DNA of 64,000 nt, from the NCBI RefSeq assembly GCF_009914755.1, contig NC_060925.1; one strand, 5' to 3'. The stretch is from the human T2T-CHM13v2.0 reference genome, Homo sapiens. This document shows, one piece after another, positions 41,147-54,919 of this stretch. The first letter of the stretch is position 1; each line of letters begins with the position of its first letter. The translations under genes were made by a program, and so were the position numbers. The notes below the pieces were generated by a model. That model searched no databases and was not told where the DNA came from. It saw only the letters and a program-made list of their open reading frames with translations.

Positions 41147-41752
41147 TCTTTTCATCATGTATTGGTTGATCGAAGACAAAACATAAGAATGGACAAATCA
41201 TTCTTTAGTTACATAAGAATATTATCTAAACCAAGATCTCTTTCAAAAGGATCATGAAGAATGCACATATATACAAATGAGAAGACTTGCCAGTAATGGT
41301 CAATGAGGTACAAGTGCCAGGTTTCTGCTGAAATGCTTGGTAAAACAGGTAAAAGGATGATGGGTTCTGGGGATCAGGACCTTTCGCTTCAAATTCCAGC
41401 TCCACTGCTTTGGATGTGCATTATTTTGGCCCAGACACTTTTCTCTAAGCCTATTTCCTCCTCTGGAAAATTATTAGTGGTATTCATCTTGTACACGTAT
41501 TCTTTGGGACTAAGAAAAAATGAAAGACTTACACTTTCTAGCAACAATATAAGGTCAACAAATGTTAGCTTTAGTATTAGTACTAGCACCAGTAGTATTA
41601 GTACCGCTAGCAGTTACTGCAGCTGTGCAACAGAGAACGGAAGTGTCCACCATCTTCATTGAAGGAACTGCTCCATGGTGGATTATTTTCCTATTAAAGT
41701 TTATACTTTAAAGCATCAAACCTTTTTATCCCGCCCATTTGGAAGGAAATGC

Positions 41753-42041
41753 TATTTATTTATTTATTATTTTTTAGAGATAGGGGTCTCAATCTGTCAC
41801 CCAGGCTGGGGTACAGTGGCACAATCACAGCTTACTGCAGCCTCAAACTCTTGTGTTAAAGTGATCCTCCTGCCTCAGCCTCCCAAGTAGTAGGGACTAT
41901 AAGCACATGCCATCATGCCCCGTTAGAGATGGAGTCTCACTATGTTGCCCAGGCTGCTCTTGAACTCCTGGCCTTAAGCCATCCTCCCCTCTCCGCCTCC
42001 TGAGTTGCTGGGATCACAGAACTGAGCCACCAAGCCCAGCT
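41753..42041 (-). mobile_element. AluJ
   Basis: TSD ggaaggaaatgc on both sides. Confidence 0.9.
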
Positions 42042-43249
42042 GGAAGGAAATGCGTTTCAAATGCACATCACGGTCACTGGCTTAGCAGAGTGGAGTCTAT
42101 CTTCCTTGGCAATTCAGGACCATCTTTAGGATCAATACTTACTATCTTATATAACTTATGACAGTAGAGGTATTGTCAGGGGCTACCCAAGTGGGCAGGC
42201 TTCATTCAGGTGACCTATCCGTTCAACTGCTATGTTTTTCTTGAAGCTGGTGACTCTGTCAGGAAAACTCAGAACAATTCTCAGAAAGGTTCATAGGACA
42301 CTAAATGTCTTAGGGTCACATGGAGCTAATACATAAGGGAGCAGTCACTTGAACCCAAAAGTATCTGGCTTGGAAATCAACTCTCTCTAACAACCCATAC
42401 TGAACTCAGCTGTCACTGTATACACACAACAGAACTGGAAACTCTGCAAAAGATCTAGCAGGATTTGAATTCCACACGATATGAGCAAATGTTGAACAGG
42501 GCGACAGGATACAGCTACCAAAAAGCCTAATGGTAAAACAAAGACAAACAATTATTTCTCAAATTTTATCATTTGTACGGATATTCAAAGGAATTTTAAT
42601 GTCTTAAGCACACCTTGACAGAACGGTGCATTCCTATGATTACTTACTTTCATTTTACTGTCCTCAATTCTCTCCTTCACAGTTATGGTAGCCAACAAAA
42701 GCAACAGCAGCATAATGTCTATTAAACATGTACAGTGTGCTAGAAACTGTGGTAAGTCCTTTACAGAACCACAGCCCCCCTGAATGTACTCAAAATTCTG
42801 CAGTAAATGACTAACATGCCAACGTAAACACATTTAAAAAAAATCTTCATTTAAATTTATTAAACAGTCCAGAATTCATAAAGCAATGTAAAAACATTCA
42901 AGATTCCATTTAGTAAACACATCTCCTGGAATACAGCACTAGTTGCTGTTTAAACCCTGGTGATTGAGTTCTATGTTCAGTGGAAGCAGAGTCGAGCTGG
43001 AAGCAATGAAAGACTTATTTTGAAACAAAGTTAAGTTTCCTATAAAGAAGTCAAATTATGTTTGGGTTCATTCTCTTTTTCAAAGTTTTCCTCTTCCTTA
43101 CTCTCACATTTAAGAAATTACCTTTAAGCAAAAAGAACTTGCTCAGAAGATAGCAGTCACTAAGAATCAGGCATCACCGGCCTTGAACCTCAGTATACCA
43201 CATTCTTTTTTCTTTCTTTAGCACCAGAAGGATACCTCTCTTCTCGATT

Positions 43250-43921
43250 CAGTAGTCCCCCTTACCCTTAGGGGATACATTTCAAGACCCTCAGTGGGTG
43301 CCTGAAACCACAGATAGTACTGTACCCTCTATACTCTATGCTTTTTCTTATACATACATACCTATGATAAAGCTTAATTTATAAATTAGGCACAGAGATT
43401 AACAAAAATAATTACTAATAAAACAATTATAATAATATACTATTCACAGTCTCATGGATAGATTCTTTCTTCCTGTAGATCTTAGCAACCTCAGCGTATT
43501 TTTTTTTTCTTTCCTTATTAAGTCGGGAACTTTCACCTTTTCACTGAAGGAAGCACTTTACAGCTTCTTTTTGGCATATCCAAATTGACAGCGCTAGTCT
43601 TGCACTTTGGGAGCATTATTAAGTCAAATAAGGGTTACTTGAACACAAGCACTGTGAGACTGCAATACTCCATCTGATAACTGAGGGTGACTGCTAGGTG
43701 ACTAATGGGTAGGTCGTGTATACGCATGGATACGCTTGATGAAAGAATGATTCATGTCCCGGGGGATACGGGATTCCATCATGCTTCTCAGAACAGTGCA
43801 CGACTGTAAACCTATGAACTGTTTATTTCTGGAATTTTCCATGTAATATTTTTAGACTGTAGTTGACCAAAGGTAACTAAAAGCACAGAAAATGAAACCT
43901 CAGATAAGGGGGGCACTGCTG
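43250..43921. mobile_element. Tigger7-derived MER44 DNA transposon (Tc1/mariner superfamily)
   Basis: TIRs cagtagtcccccctta... and ...gataaggggggcactgctg followed by TA. Internal gatacatttcaagaccctcagtgggtgcctgaaacc. Confidence 0.85.
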
Positions 43922-44272
43922 TACTTTCAGTAGAGAGTTCTCGTAAGTATATTGCTCTTTTCTGGACACCTACAAACACAAATTGGCCAGAACATCATGA
44001 AGCATGTTTAGTGTGAAGACAAGTAAGAAGGGCTTGGTGATCTTAGTTCCAACCTTTGGCAGCTTCTTCATGGAGATAAACACGAGGGTAGAAAGTTCTG
44101 TGCAAGTCTGGCTGTGCAACCAGCCTCTCTTAATTGTGTAAGACCCACATGGAATGGTAAGAAATAATTGCCACCACAATGGACAACAAAATCTCACTAA
44201 TGTGAATTAACAGGCAAAAAAGCTAACCTGGATTACATTATCTTTTTTAATGGAAATACAGTTGTATATTTA

Positions 44273-44274
<2 letters not shown>

Positions 44275-44314
<40 letters not shown>
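44275..44314. repeat. (CA)n microsatellite
   Basis: Directly visible. Confidence 0.95.
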
Positions 44315-44319
<5 letters not shown>

Positions 44320-44545
44320 TGCATCCTCCAATTAGACTAACAGTGTAGAGGGTCTTGGGACCTGCTTAAAGGATAGGGACTCTTAGTGAATCATGCATTA
44401 CTGCAAGAAATACGTCTTCCCAAAGGCTTCAAAACAGGTGCCTTTCTTTGTAAGTTTAAACAGTGTCCTTGCAGTCTTGGGTATACAATAGGATTCTAAG
44501 TCAGTTCTCTCCATAACACATTTTGAAAGAAAAAAAGTCAAAGCA

Positions 44546-44840
<295 letters not shown>

Positions 44841-45254
44841 AGCAGCACTATATGAATCATCATAAATGTCAAATTAGTAAGGTCTAAATTCTAGATTCTG
44901 CTTATTCATGCTTTGGGATCCCAGCCTCTATGCTTCTGGATCCTCCCATCTGTTAGGTCAACACCATTTACCTATATGTCTAGAAGAATGCTCCACTACA
45001 TCACCTCACAGAAGGGCACAGGATCAAGATATTGAACATTTGATTTAATGCAGAAAAAGTAACTTTCCCAAAGCCTTGTGCTTTCCAGCCAGGCACTCGT
45101 TTCCTCACACAACAGCAGCATGGCTAACCAACAGCTTCCAGAAGTACCTGTAAAGATTGATAACTTTAGCTGGAGGAAAAGCTGGAGATTTTCTTCTCCA
45201 TTCCCTGACTGTACTTATAAGCTACTTACTGCAGCCCGGCAAGGCTCTCCTCAC

Positions 45255-45421
45255 CTGGACGGACAGCCTCCCTGTCGAGCTGACAAGAGCTGACGGATAC
45301 ACCCGCCAGAGGACTACTAAAGATCGGGATGCTGCTACCGCCATGTCCCTGGCACTCTTCAGGGCAAGCCTGGGTACCAATGTCTTCTCTTACTCATGGC
45401 AAACACTGACGTGGAACCAGC
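45255..45421 (-). other. Candidate 167-nt non-coding or stop-containing exon
   Basis: Acceptor gaatttttag|GCT, donor CAG|gtgagg, and a second donor GCA|gtaagt at 45230. CpG is locally retained. Stops occur in all frames. Confidence 0.25.
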
Positions 45422-46169
45422 CTAAAAATTCTAACACAGCCCCTTCTCAATTAAATTTATTGAATGTGTTTTTGGTATTCGAAGCTCATTTTTATGTTTG
45501 CAATAATGTCAGTACAACTGATCCATTATTATTAAACTACAGTTTTTAATAAAACTCCATTTCACCATAACATCTAAAATACTGCAGCTGAACTTGATTA
45601 ATTATACCCTAGAAGAAAGTAATAACAGATTTCCCTATTTCAAATACAAAATGGGAAGCTCCTGTTTTATTCTTCTAATTATATGAGAATGGGCAAAGTA
45701 ATATACCCTCCCTGTCAACAAATTTCAGAAACTTGCTTTTATCTTTTTATTTTTCCTCCAGTCAGAGTCCTTGTTAATGACAGGAGCATATCATAATTTA
45801 ATTAGCTGACACCAACTGGCAATCTACCCACTTCTTTTTAATTGGAATCATTTCATAGAACTATCCATAAAGGCCCATTTTGCATAACTAATAACCTTCA
45901 TAAACAAGACCTTTGGAAAACTGCTGACTTTAATGGAAAGAGATAAAACACTTGGACACAGGCACCATGTTCCCACTTCACAGAAGACTAGGGACACAGA
46001 ATTTACTCTGCAATGTATATAACAGAGCTAATTCAGGAAGCACGAATCGGGTTTCCCGGATCTGGATAGCAAAAAACTTCCAGAAAGTCAACTTCCCCAC
46101 CGCCTCACGAAAGCATCCTAATAGTTGTGTATAGTGGAAAGAACACAGGCTTGAAAATCTGAATTTGTC

Positions 46170-46328
46170 TTTCTTCTTTCTTTAGACAAGGTCTCACTGT
46201 GTTGCTCAGGCTGGAGTACAGTGGCTATTCACACACTCAATCATAGTAAACTATAGCCTTGACCTCCTGGGCTCATGGGATCCTTCTGCTTTAGCCTCCT
46301 GAGTTACTGAGACTACACATGCCTGGCT
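46170..46328 (-). mobile_element. Alu monomer (FRAM/FAM-like) within a MIR
   Basis: agacaaggtctcactgtgttgctcaggctggagtacagtggctattcac; MIR sequence resumes at about 46330-46500. Confidence 0.75.
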
Positions 46329-46734
46329 CAGATGCAAATTTTAATCTGAGCTACAATGTGACCTTGATCAAGTTCAGAAACTTCTCTGAGCTTCTGGTTC
46401 TTATTTGCAAAATGAAAGCGGTATAACATCTAACTCAAAAGGCTGTCAGGAATATTAGTTATAATGTATGTAGTGTCAGCAGCGAATAGCTCAATAAATA
46501 GCTTTTATTCTCCCAATTATTACATATTAAATTTGACTAATAATACTGAATTGTTGGGATCATATTAGATAATTTTGTGCAAGTGCTTAGACAATTAAAA
46601 GGCAATATAGGCATCTGAGCTTCACTGGATTAAAGACAAGTTTTAAAGTGCTGTTCTTACATTTTACTTGTTTTGATTATTGATTAACTGCTATATACTC
46701 ACCAAATGTTGCTGCCTTCAATGAACCTGAGATC

Positions 46735-47350
46735 TTAAGAGCACAGGCTTGGCAATCAGGTGACCGAGTGTGAACTCAGCCCACTTTCTAGCTGTGTAAC
46801 ATTCAGTAAGTAGCGTAAGCCTCTTAAATTGACTTTCCGACCTGAGAAAAGCAGCTAATTAAAAAAACAGCATTCATCTCACAGACATCACGAAGGTTAA
46901 ATGAAACCATCCATGTAGACTGCTAAGCATAATGCCTGGCACAAACTAAGTGGTCAATATATGTTAGTAGCTATTATTGAATTAGTGACAATCCAAGATC
47001 GAATCTGATACAAATGAGGAAGTGAGACTTAGAAAGGTCAAAGAGTCTTACCGATATTAAGGAGTAGAGGAAGGAATTTTATTCCAGGTCTGTCTGACTT
47101 CAAAACTCATATTCAACCCTAATGCTTTTAAAGCACTCTTAAAGCAGGCTCAGTCATTATTTTCTAATATACAGTTATTGAGTATTCACAGGCTGATCGA
47201 AGTGCCAATTGTTGAGGATATAATCGCAAGAAGGTAGAGGGTATCCCTGCCCTCAGGGAGCTTACCTATCTGGGAGAAATAGATAAAGGGCAAGACAAGA
47301 AAGCATGCCATGTTCTCCGATAAGGAAAATACACCAGCCTAAAGGTGCAC
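46735..47350. mobile_element. Cluster of MIR and L2 fragments
   Basis: aatgcctggcacaaactaagtggtcaat; acaaatgaggaagtgagacttagaaagg; ccctgccctcagggagctta. Confidence 0.6.
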
Positions 47351-48039
47351 CATGCAGGAAGAACAGGGAAGTGAATAAACATGAACTTTTTAGAAGAATC
47401 TAGGTACTAAAACAGCTTATGACCTTTTCTTAAAACTAAAATTTCTAGGGATTTCCAGCAACCCAGGACATTTGTATATCAAAGAATCAAACTACAGAAC
47501 TGTAAATGGACCAAAAAGAAGAAAATGCTTATGGCCTGACCTCAGTAGAACACGTACCTGCACATGTGAGTTAACGACAAGGGTTTGGGAAAGAGACCTC
47601 TGTCCAAACAAACCTCCTTCTCCGCCAAGTGCCAACACCCATCCTTCCTTCAGCAGTTAAAGAGGAGACAGTAAACATAATTGGCTTTCTCAGAATGGAG
47701 GGTATGCAGACCCGGTGCAGGGTAAGGCATAAAAGACTAACAGAAGACCGTCCTGGGGGTGAGTTTTGAGGAAGACAGAATAAACTAGAAGTGAAGCGGA
47801 GTGTGGAGAACCAGTCTGGGAAGCAGAGACTAGAAAGGAGGCAAACTGCCCAGGAATCTAATAATGGGGCCTACACACCCATGCTAGCCAGAGCCACATA
47901 CTCCAATTCACCTAGAATTGGCACAACAGCACCAATTCTGAGAGGAGGAAGGGGAAGGATGGCAGAAGAGAAGAAAGAAAGCAGCAGCTGAAAATTTCAA
48001 GAACTCTCCAAACTGTTCCTCCCTTGGTGAAGGTTGATG

Positions 48040-48610
48040 GTGTCGTCCAATCACTGCAGCAAACTGACACAGGGGCCTGCAGACGGTTGTGTGTGGCTTT
48101 TGGAGTTAGAGACAGGCCGTTTTCTTGTTAATCGGCAGGCAGGCGTGACAGTGTTCGGCAGAGGACAATCTGTTCGAGAATAATTAGATTCCCCCTCGCT
48201 TCTTGCGTTGGTGGCGGAAGCACCCGGAGTATTTACAATACACCATTTTGCTTCCATCCGAGTCCATATGTTCGCTGGTCAGGTTAAAACTGAGGCTGCA
48301 TGGCACATTTTTCACTGTAAACAACGCTACCCCGGCAAACCTAGGGGAAGGGAGGCGATCTTGCCCTCTTAATTTCCCAGTCCAAGGAAAGGCTCGCCTT
48401 CAGGAACGGCAGCAGCTTCGATATTTATTGCTGGAGAAAGGCCACACCTCCGGGGAGTCATGTCAGGAGCCATAGGTCCAGCCAGGGGAGCAGCCCTCAT
48501 TTGATGTGAGACAAAGAAGCTAGAAAACAGCCCCCATGAAGAGTATGCCTTTATAACATGTTGAAAGTCACGTGAATCAGGACGTGCTCGGTGGTTGTAA
48601 TTCCATCTAT
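48040..48610. promoter_or_regulatory. CpG-retaining unique segment, candidate intragenic promoter or enhancer
   Basis: More than 20 CpGs in about 570 bp against CpG-depleted flanks. ETS-like GGCGGAAGC (about 48213), YY1-like CCATTTT (about 48243) and E-box CACGTG (about 48569). Confidence 0.4.
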
Positions 48611-49747
48611 TGATGGCAGCTGCTGCTGCAACAGGGAGGCCGGCTAGGGCTGCACACTCCATGGAGGCGGTGGGAGCCTCACCCATTCTGGGTTGGGGCA
48701 GGGGCTCCGTGGGTGCCACTGCAGCCACCCAAATCGTGGCTGCAGACCAGGCTTCCTGCTCTATGGAGCAGGCAGGCGCCCCGCCTTCCTGGGTGGGGCT
48801 ACAGCTGCCCAAACTGATGCTGGAGATCGGAGCTTCCCTGTGCTCTTGGTGGGGGCCGGGAGCAGACAGGATCTGCCCTCCAGGGTAGAGCTGCAGCCTC
48901 CCTGCTGCGGCTGCAGACCTGGGCTTCGCGCTCAATCGAGCAGGCAGGAGCCAGGGACAAGAGGGAGCCCCACCTTTACTGAATTGGTGGAGCGTGAACT
49001 CCCCAGGTGCAGACCTGGCATCTCTGCAGCCTGCACCCTGGAGGGCCCGGGAAGACCCGCCCCCCACTTCATCCCTGCAGGCTCGGGGGTGTCTGCTCCC
49101 GCTTCCCAGCCCCTCTCCTCTCCAGATGCCTGCTCTGATCTCCGACCGGGGTTGGGGCCGAGCCCGGGGCAGCAGGAGGCAGAGAGATTCCTGGGTGGAA
49201 GGCGGCAGTCCCCGTAAGGCCCCTCCTTCAGACCAGGGAGGGCCTGAAGGCTGGGGGCCAGGATGCCAGTCCGGGACCGGAGTGGGGACTTGTGGTGCCT
49301 CGTCTGGGTGCACATGGAGGACCATGGGCCAATCGGCAGGAACTTCCTCCCCTCTGAGGTCCATAAAAGCCTCAGGCTCAGCCAGAGCAGGGCACGTGGA
49401 GACAATGGGCGAACCAGCTACAGAGAGGAGCTGCCCTCTGCTGAGAGCTTCAGAGACCTGCAGAGATGTCTGAACGGCCTGCTTGTGAAGAGGAGCCACC
49501 ATCTCCAGGGCCTCCTCTCTGCTGAGAGCTCAACACTCCACTAGATGACCTGCCTACAGAGAGGAACTACCCACAGTGGGCTTCCTCTGAGCTGTTCTGA
49601 CACTCAATAAAGCTCCTCTTCATCTTCTTCACCTTCCACTTCTCTGAGTACCTCATTCTTCCTGGACACAGGACAAAAACGGGCAAAGGTGCCACCAGCC
49701 ACAGAGGTTTCCGGCCAGAAAAGCGACACCCCAAAGATCACATAACA
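48611..49747 (+). mobile_element. Complete solo LTR, MER52 (ERV1)
   Basis: Starts TGATGGCAGC and ends GAAAAGCGACACCCCAAAGATCACATAACA. Perfect 4-bp TSD ctat. TATA-like CATAAAA at 49362 and AATAAA at 49606-49611. Confidence 0.9.
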
Positions 49748-51360
49748 CTATGATTTGGAGGCAAAGAATGGAGGAAAATGGAGGGAGGAAGAAAAGATGG
49801 AGAAAAATCTCTTAGGCATACATGCCTGCTGTTCAACAAACACTGTGCTAGGCAAGGTATACAGGCCATCTCCAAGAAAAGATGACTAAGTGACTTCTGG
49901 AACGAAAAGCACAACTGCCATCCTAACCCCCTCCCCAACATTTTCCAGGGATCAGCCCTTTACTTGTTAATAAGCAAGAAGACAATGCATCTGTTGCAAC
50001 TGTGCCATCAGAGGACACCAGGGCAGAGTTACTGCAGCACTTAATTAGCTTAGTGCACTTGAAGGCTCAGCCTGGAGTTCTCAGGTGAGTGGCAGGAAAA
50101 CCCTACAACTCAGGGTGGGTCCCAGGACAAATGCAGCTGATGTCAGAAAACTATGTTTGGCAATGCAGTTAGAGACAAGGAGTAGACGCCTCATTTGAGA
50201 ATCATTTCTCGAAAGAAAATTCTAGAAATGTGACAGTAGCTGGAGGAGGATGTGGGGTCAGTAGAGATGAAAAATATGCAAGGCCTGATTTTTAAAATAC
50301 CTCTTTTTGCATTTCAATTAAATGATTAAAAATTAGCACTAAAAAGAACCATGGAGATCTATATCAAAACCCTTCTTTTCTCTACGAAGAAACTGAGATG
50401 CAGAAATGTTGAGTGACTGCTTGTCTGAGACACCTAGCTAATGAAGAGCAGGGCTCGACTTAGAATTTAGGATTCCTGTCCCCATCACTGGGCCTCTACT
50501 CCATCTACCACAATGCCATGCCATGTTTCTCACTCTGCTGTGACTGATCCTCAATTTTAGTTTTAGTTTTGTCTTTATTAATATGTTTCAAAATACCCTA
50601 AAGAGAAAGGTATCAGATTAACTAGAAGAAGTGATAATTTTTTTTCCTTTCAAAAGGAAAATTTTAACTACCTTCACCAACAAAGGGATTAAGTCTGCTC
50701 TATGATGGAACTGCATTAAAAATAATGAGGCAGATAAAAAAAAGCTTTTATTATTTTAATGAATTCAAAAGCCGGAAGCATTATTGAGATGAGCAGTGTG
50801 TTACTGCCCTAATCCAATGTTACCATGTTTTAAAAATTATTCTGGGTAGGAACTTTTCTGCTACATCAGACAAAACCCCAAAATATGCCAAGTAGACAGA
50901 ATATTAAATTAACATCAAATCCTCATCCCTTTCAAAATAGAGATCACGATTCTAAGGAGCATCCTTGAAAGCACCACCTATAAGACACAAAACTTGCTCA
51001 TATGCAAAGATCACCCCTCTGTCTACAATGTAACCCAAAGATTCCTCTGTCTGCCATTTAACCCATGTCCTAAGAAATTTATGATTCTACACATTCTTTA
51101 TCTGAAACAACCATTAACTTCTATATGTACAAGCAAGTTAATTTAATCTCTCTGTTCTTTTGCATCCGCAGCTATAGAGAAAGAAATTCTGTTTTTTTAA
51201 CTTACCTTACAGGGATTGATTCTATAGAAGAAAACATCACAGTAACATTTGGCATAAACACAAATTTGCCACTTTAATGTGATACTCTCTTAAGTCTCAG
51301 AAGAAAATAACAGAATCTTCTTTCCCAATTTCAATGTTCACAGAAATGTTACTCAAAGAA

Positions 51361-51420
51361 AGTATACTATAAACTATAATATTCCATTCTTGTGTACTAT
51401 AGACTATAATATTCCATTCT
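51361..51420. repeat. 30-bp tandem duplication
   Basis: agtatactataaactataatattccattct / tgtgtactatagactataatattccattct. Confidence 0.9.
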
Positions 51421-52114
51421 CTTTCAAAACAGATCACATTTCTTGGCCATTAAGTTGACACCATTCTGCCACATTCTTGACACATCAAGTTTAGAAATTA
51501 GTACTCGGGTAACTGTGGGAACAAAAATGACTCTGGTAAAGTGAAGTTAATTACATTTAACTTATTCTGAAGGGTTGTATTTTCTACCACAGCTCACTTA
51601 TACAGACCACTCCCATTCTGTAATCAGGCCTAGTATTACAAAGGTATGCTGAAGCATTTTTTACATCTGTTGGTTAAAATGACTTATTACTATACTGCTA
51701 ATTCTGTACATACTGTACTAATGTTTCTGTCTGCATAAAGCACAAGAATAGCCTATATGGAAAAACTGGGACCCAAACCAAGGATTTCTCCTCTGCAGCT
51801 ATGGAGGGGATGAAGCGAGTCTATTTGTCTAAGAAGGGAAATGTCTGGCCCAGCCGTGGAAGTCCAGGGGTTGGGGGGACATGGAAAAAGGCCACAGGGA
51901 AGGAGACAAAACCAGAAAACCCTGTCCACATTACCACAGTGACATCCCAATGGCTTACTCACTTCCCCTCCAGAGCCCTGCCAAAGAGCCAAGAAGTCTT
52001 AAACATCATGCCCCAGCTTACCATCCTAAAAGAGATGGAGGAAGGCTTGTTCAGATGGCTGGCTCCAGGTTGAAATGATACTCTAGAGAAGTTATTACTC
52101 ATAAAATATTCCTT

Positions 52115-52410
52115 GGCTGGGCGCGGTGGCTCACGCCTGTAATCCCAGCACTTTGGGAGGTCGAGGCGGGTGGATCACGAGGTCAGGAGTTCAAGACCAG
52201 CCTGGCCAAGATGGTGAAACCCTGTCTCTACTAAAAATCCAAAAATTAGCCAGGCGCGGTGGCGGGCACCTGTAATCCCAGCTACTCAGAAGGCTGAGTC
52301 AGGAGAATTGCTTGAATTCAGGGGGCAGAGGTTGCAGTGAGCCAAGACCGTGCCACTGCACTCCAGCCTGGGTAACAGAGTAAGACTCTGTCTCAAAAAA
52401 AAAAAAAAAA
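52115..52410 (+). mobile_element. AluSg/Sx3-like
   Basis: ggatcacgaggtcaggagttcaagaccagcctggccaagatgg. TSD attcctt. Confidence 0.92.
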
Positions 52411-52559
52411 ATTCCTTGAGGGGAAAAAATAGCCCCACAGCCCCCTACTTTCAATATCATTTTGTCCTTCTACAAGCAGGATAGATGGACTTCCTGTTAG
52501 ATAATGAATCTAACTCCCTTTTTTTTTGATATGGTACAAAAAGTATGGGGTTCATGGCC

Positions 52560-52762
52560 AAGGTGTTTAAAATCCTGGCTCTGCTACTTAGTGCAATGAA
52601 CCAAGTAACTTTAATTTCTTTGACCTTCAGTTTTCCCATCTGTGAAATGAGGATAACAAACCTATGTTGAAAGACTACTGGAACAAAGAAAAAATAAAAA
52701 ACTCTTTGAAAAGGACCTAGCCTATAGTGTCACATTCAGCATCTACTCAATAAATATTTGTC
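52560..52762 (+). mobile_element. MIR
   Basis: aatcctggctctgctacttag..ttcccatctgtgaaatgaggataa. Confidence 0.7.
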
Positions 52763-54555
52763 GATCCTTCCTCCACAGTCCTCACTCCACCAGCAGACAG
52801 ATTCAAACATCACTTGATTAGATGAGCAAATAATTTTCTTTAACTACCCAAGTATCTTTAAGGCCCGTTTCAACCCCAGAAGTAGATTCAATACCATACA
52901 GAGGTATTTTCAGAGCCTAGCTGTGCATTCCCAAGGATTCAGGCGTATGTAGGCCTGTCTGGCATTCTACTAGGCCTGCTTTCCAGTGACCTTCCTGTGG
53001 CAGGAGCCGAGATCTTCTGGAGAAAGTAATGGGAAGAAGCAAATGCTTACAGACTTGGTCAAAAGAAAATGGAGAAATAGAAGAAGGAAATTTCAAGTGG
53101 ACAACTCCAACCCCTGAGTCAGAGGTCAGCACTGTGGGATGTGGGGGCCAAAACAACAATAAATGAAAAACTACTTCACTGAGAACGCTGTTTCTGGGAG
53201 CTCAAGGAGGAACTACTTCCTCTGGAGTCTGTGAAACAAAACAAGCTCCCTGGAAGTGAAGGGTTCAGCCCAGTGGCTGCTGGAGCAGAAAACAAACATG
53301 AAAGTGCCTGGGTGACAAAATAAGAGAGGCTCCCGGCAGGCAGCCCACATCCAGAGGAGAGAAAAGGCAGCCTGGGACACCTGGCGTCTGGAGAGCAGGG
53401 ATGACGACGTAGAGAAGTGGAGGGAAGAGAGTGTTTGTTAACACATCCTGGGGACAAGGGTGTAGTCCACAGATCAGCCACAAGGACACTCAGAACTGAC
53501 TTGGAGGAGCTTGTCATTGGCTATGTGAAGACCGAGCATGGAAGTACCATGTTGTTGCTATTTTCATCCTGAGCAATTATAAGTTGGTAAAGCAAGAGTT
53601 ATGTGCCTTGAAACTAATGCCACCTCAGTCTAGCTGCTCACTCAGAGCAAGTGCAGAGGAAGGCAAGGGAACCAATATTCTCCATACACTTGCTATGTTT
53701 TACGCACTGAGTGAAGATTTTTCTCATTTAATTGCATGTAATTTCATTCTAAAGAGCAGACAAACAATTTCATTCGATTAGATATACTTCCTCAATAAAG
53801 GCTTTTGAATGAAAGCAAATTTCATTTTGCTGATCAGGCTACACTACGTGAGTGTGTCCTTATAGAAATAAATTAACCTGGAATTAACATTACGTATTTT
53901 TGTTGTTGTTTTCAAAGACAGAGTCTCATCCTGTCACCCAGATTTAACCTTTCTCAGCCACATCTGCAAAATGGGGATGGTAAAAATAGGTAATGATAGG
54001 AGCTATTTCACACTGTTTTGAGGACTGTGTTACTACACAGTAAGGTGCCTGGCACAAAGTAAGCACTCAATAAATGTTAGCAATTTTTATGTTTTATAAC
54101 ACTAGGCTGCTAAGCTTTGATGGAGGAAATCATGCAACAAATTCTGGGGAGTGTTTCCTCAACATATCTGATGTCCAATTTTCTCTTGTAGCTGCATGGG
54201 GCCCAGAACCGTATCACATGGTGCAGAAGTTCTCTCAAATTTCCAACTGTCTACTCAAGCACCAAGCCTCTGCGTGTGTGCGTCTCCCTCAGATGATCTT
54301 GCTTCCAAATTCACAAAGAAAACAGAAGCCACAGCCCTGCTACCAACTTCCTACCCAACCCCCATAAACAGCATTATCCTTCTCCTTTAAACTCTCCCCA
54401 CTTTTGAGAGGAACAGTCCTCCTACACAGACCATCCATTCTCCTGTGTTCCACATCCTCTCTGTCTCCTACAGTCATAACCTGGACTTCCTTATCTTCAG
54501 TCTCATTTACTTCCCACTCATCACTTCCCCTCAGCCTAAAACCCTGCTGGAGATA

Positions 54556-54598
54556 GGGAAGGAGGGAGGGAGGGAGGGAGAGGGGGAGGGAGGGAGGG
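54556..54598. repeat. (GGGA)n purine tract, potential G-quadruplex or H-DNA
   Basis: gggaaggagggagggagggagggagagggggagggagggaggga. Confidence 0.8.
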
Positions 54599-54635
54599 AA
54601 ATATATTTTATTTATATTTTGATTGGCCGATTGCT

Positions 54636-54919
54636 TTTCAGGGTTTCACTCTGTCACCCAGGCTGGAGTGCAGTGGTATGATCATAGCTCACTACAGCCT
54701 TGAACTCCTGGGTTCAACAAATCCTCTTGCCTTAGCCTCCCCAGAAGCTGCGCCACCATGCCTGGCTAATTACTTTTTTGTTTTGTTTTGTTTGTTTTTT
54801 AATACAGACAGGGTATCAATATGTTTCCCAAGCTGGTCTCAAACTCCTAGCCTCAAGCAATCCTCCTGCCTTGGCCTCCCAAAGCCTGGGATTACAAGTG
54901 TGAGCCACCACTCCTGGCC
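54636..54919 (-). mobile_element. AluJ
   Basis: gatcatagctcactacagccttgaactcctggg. Confidence 0.88.

Noticed and set aside
48369-49544. 377-aa ORF and overlapping 90-174 aa ORFs
   Set aside because: They lie almost wholly within the GC-rich MER52 LTR, where stops are rare in all frames. No recognisable domain.
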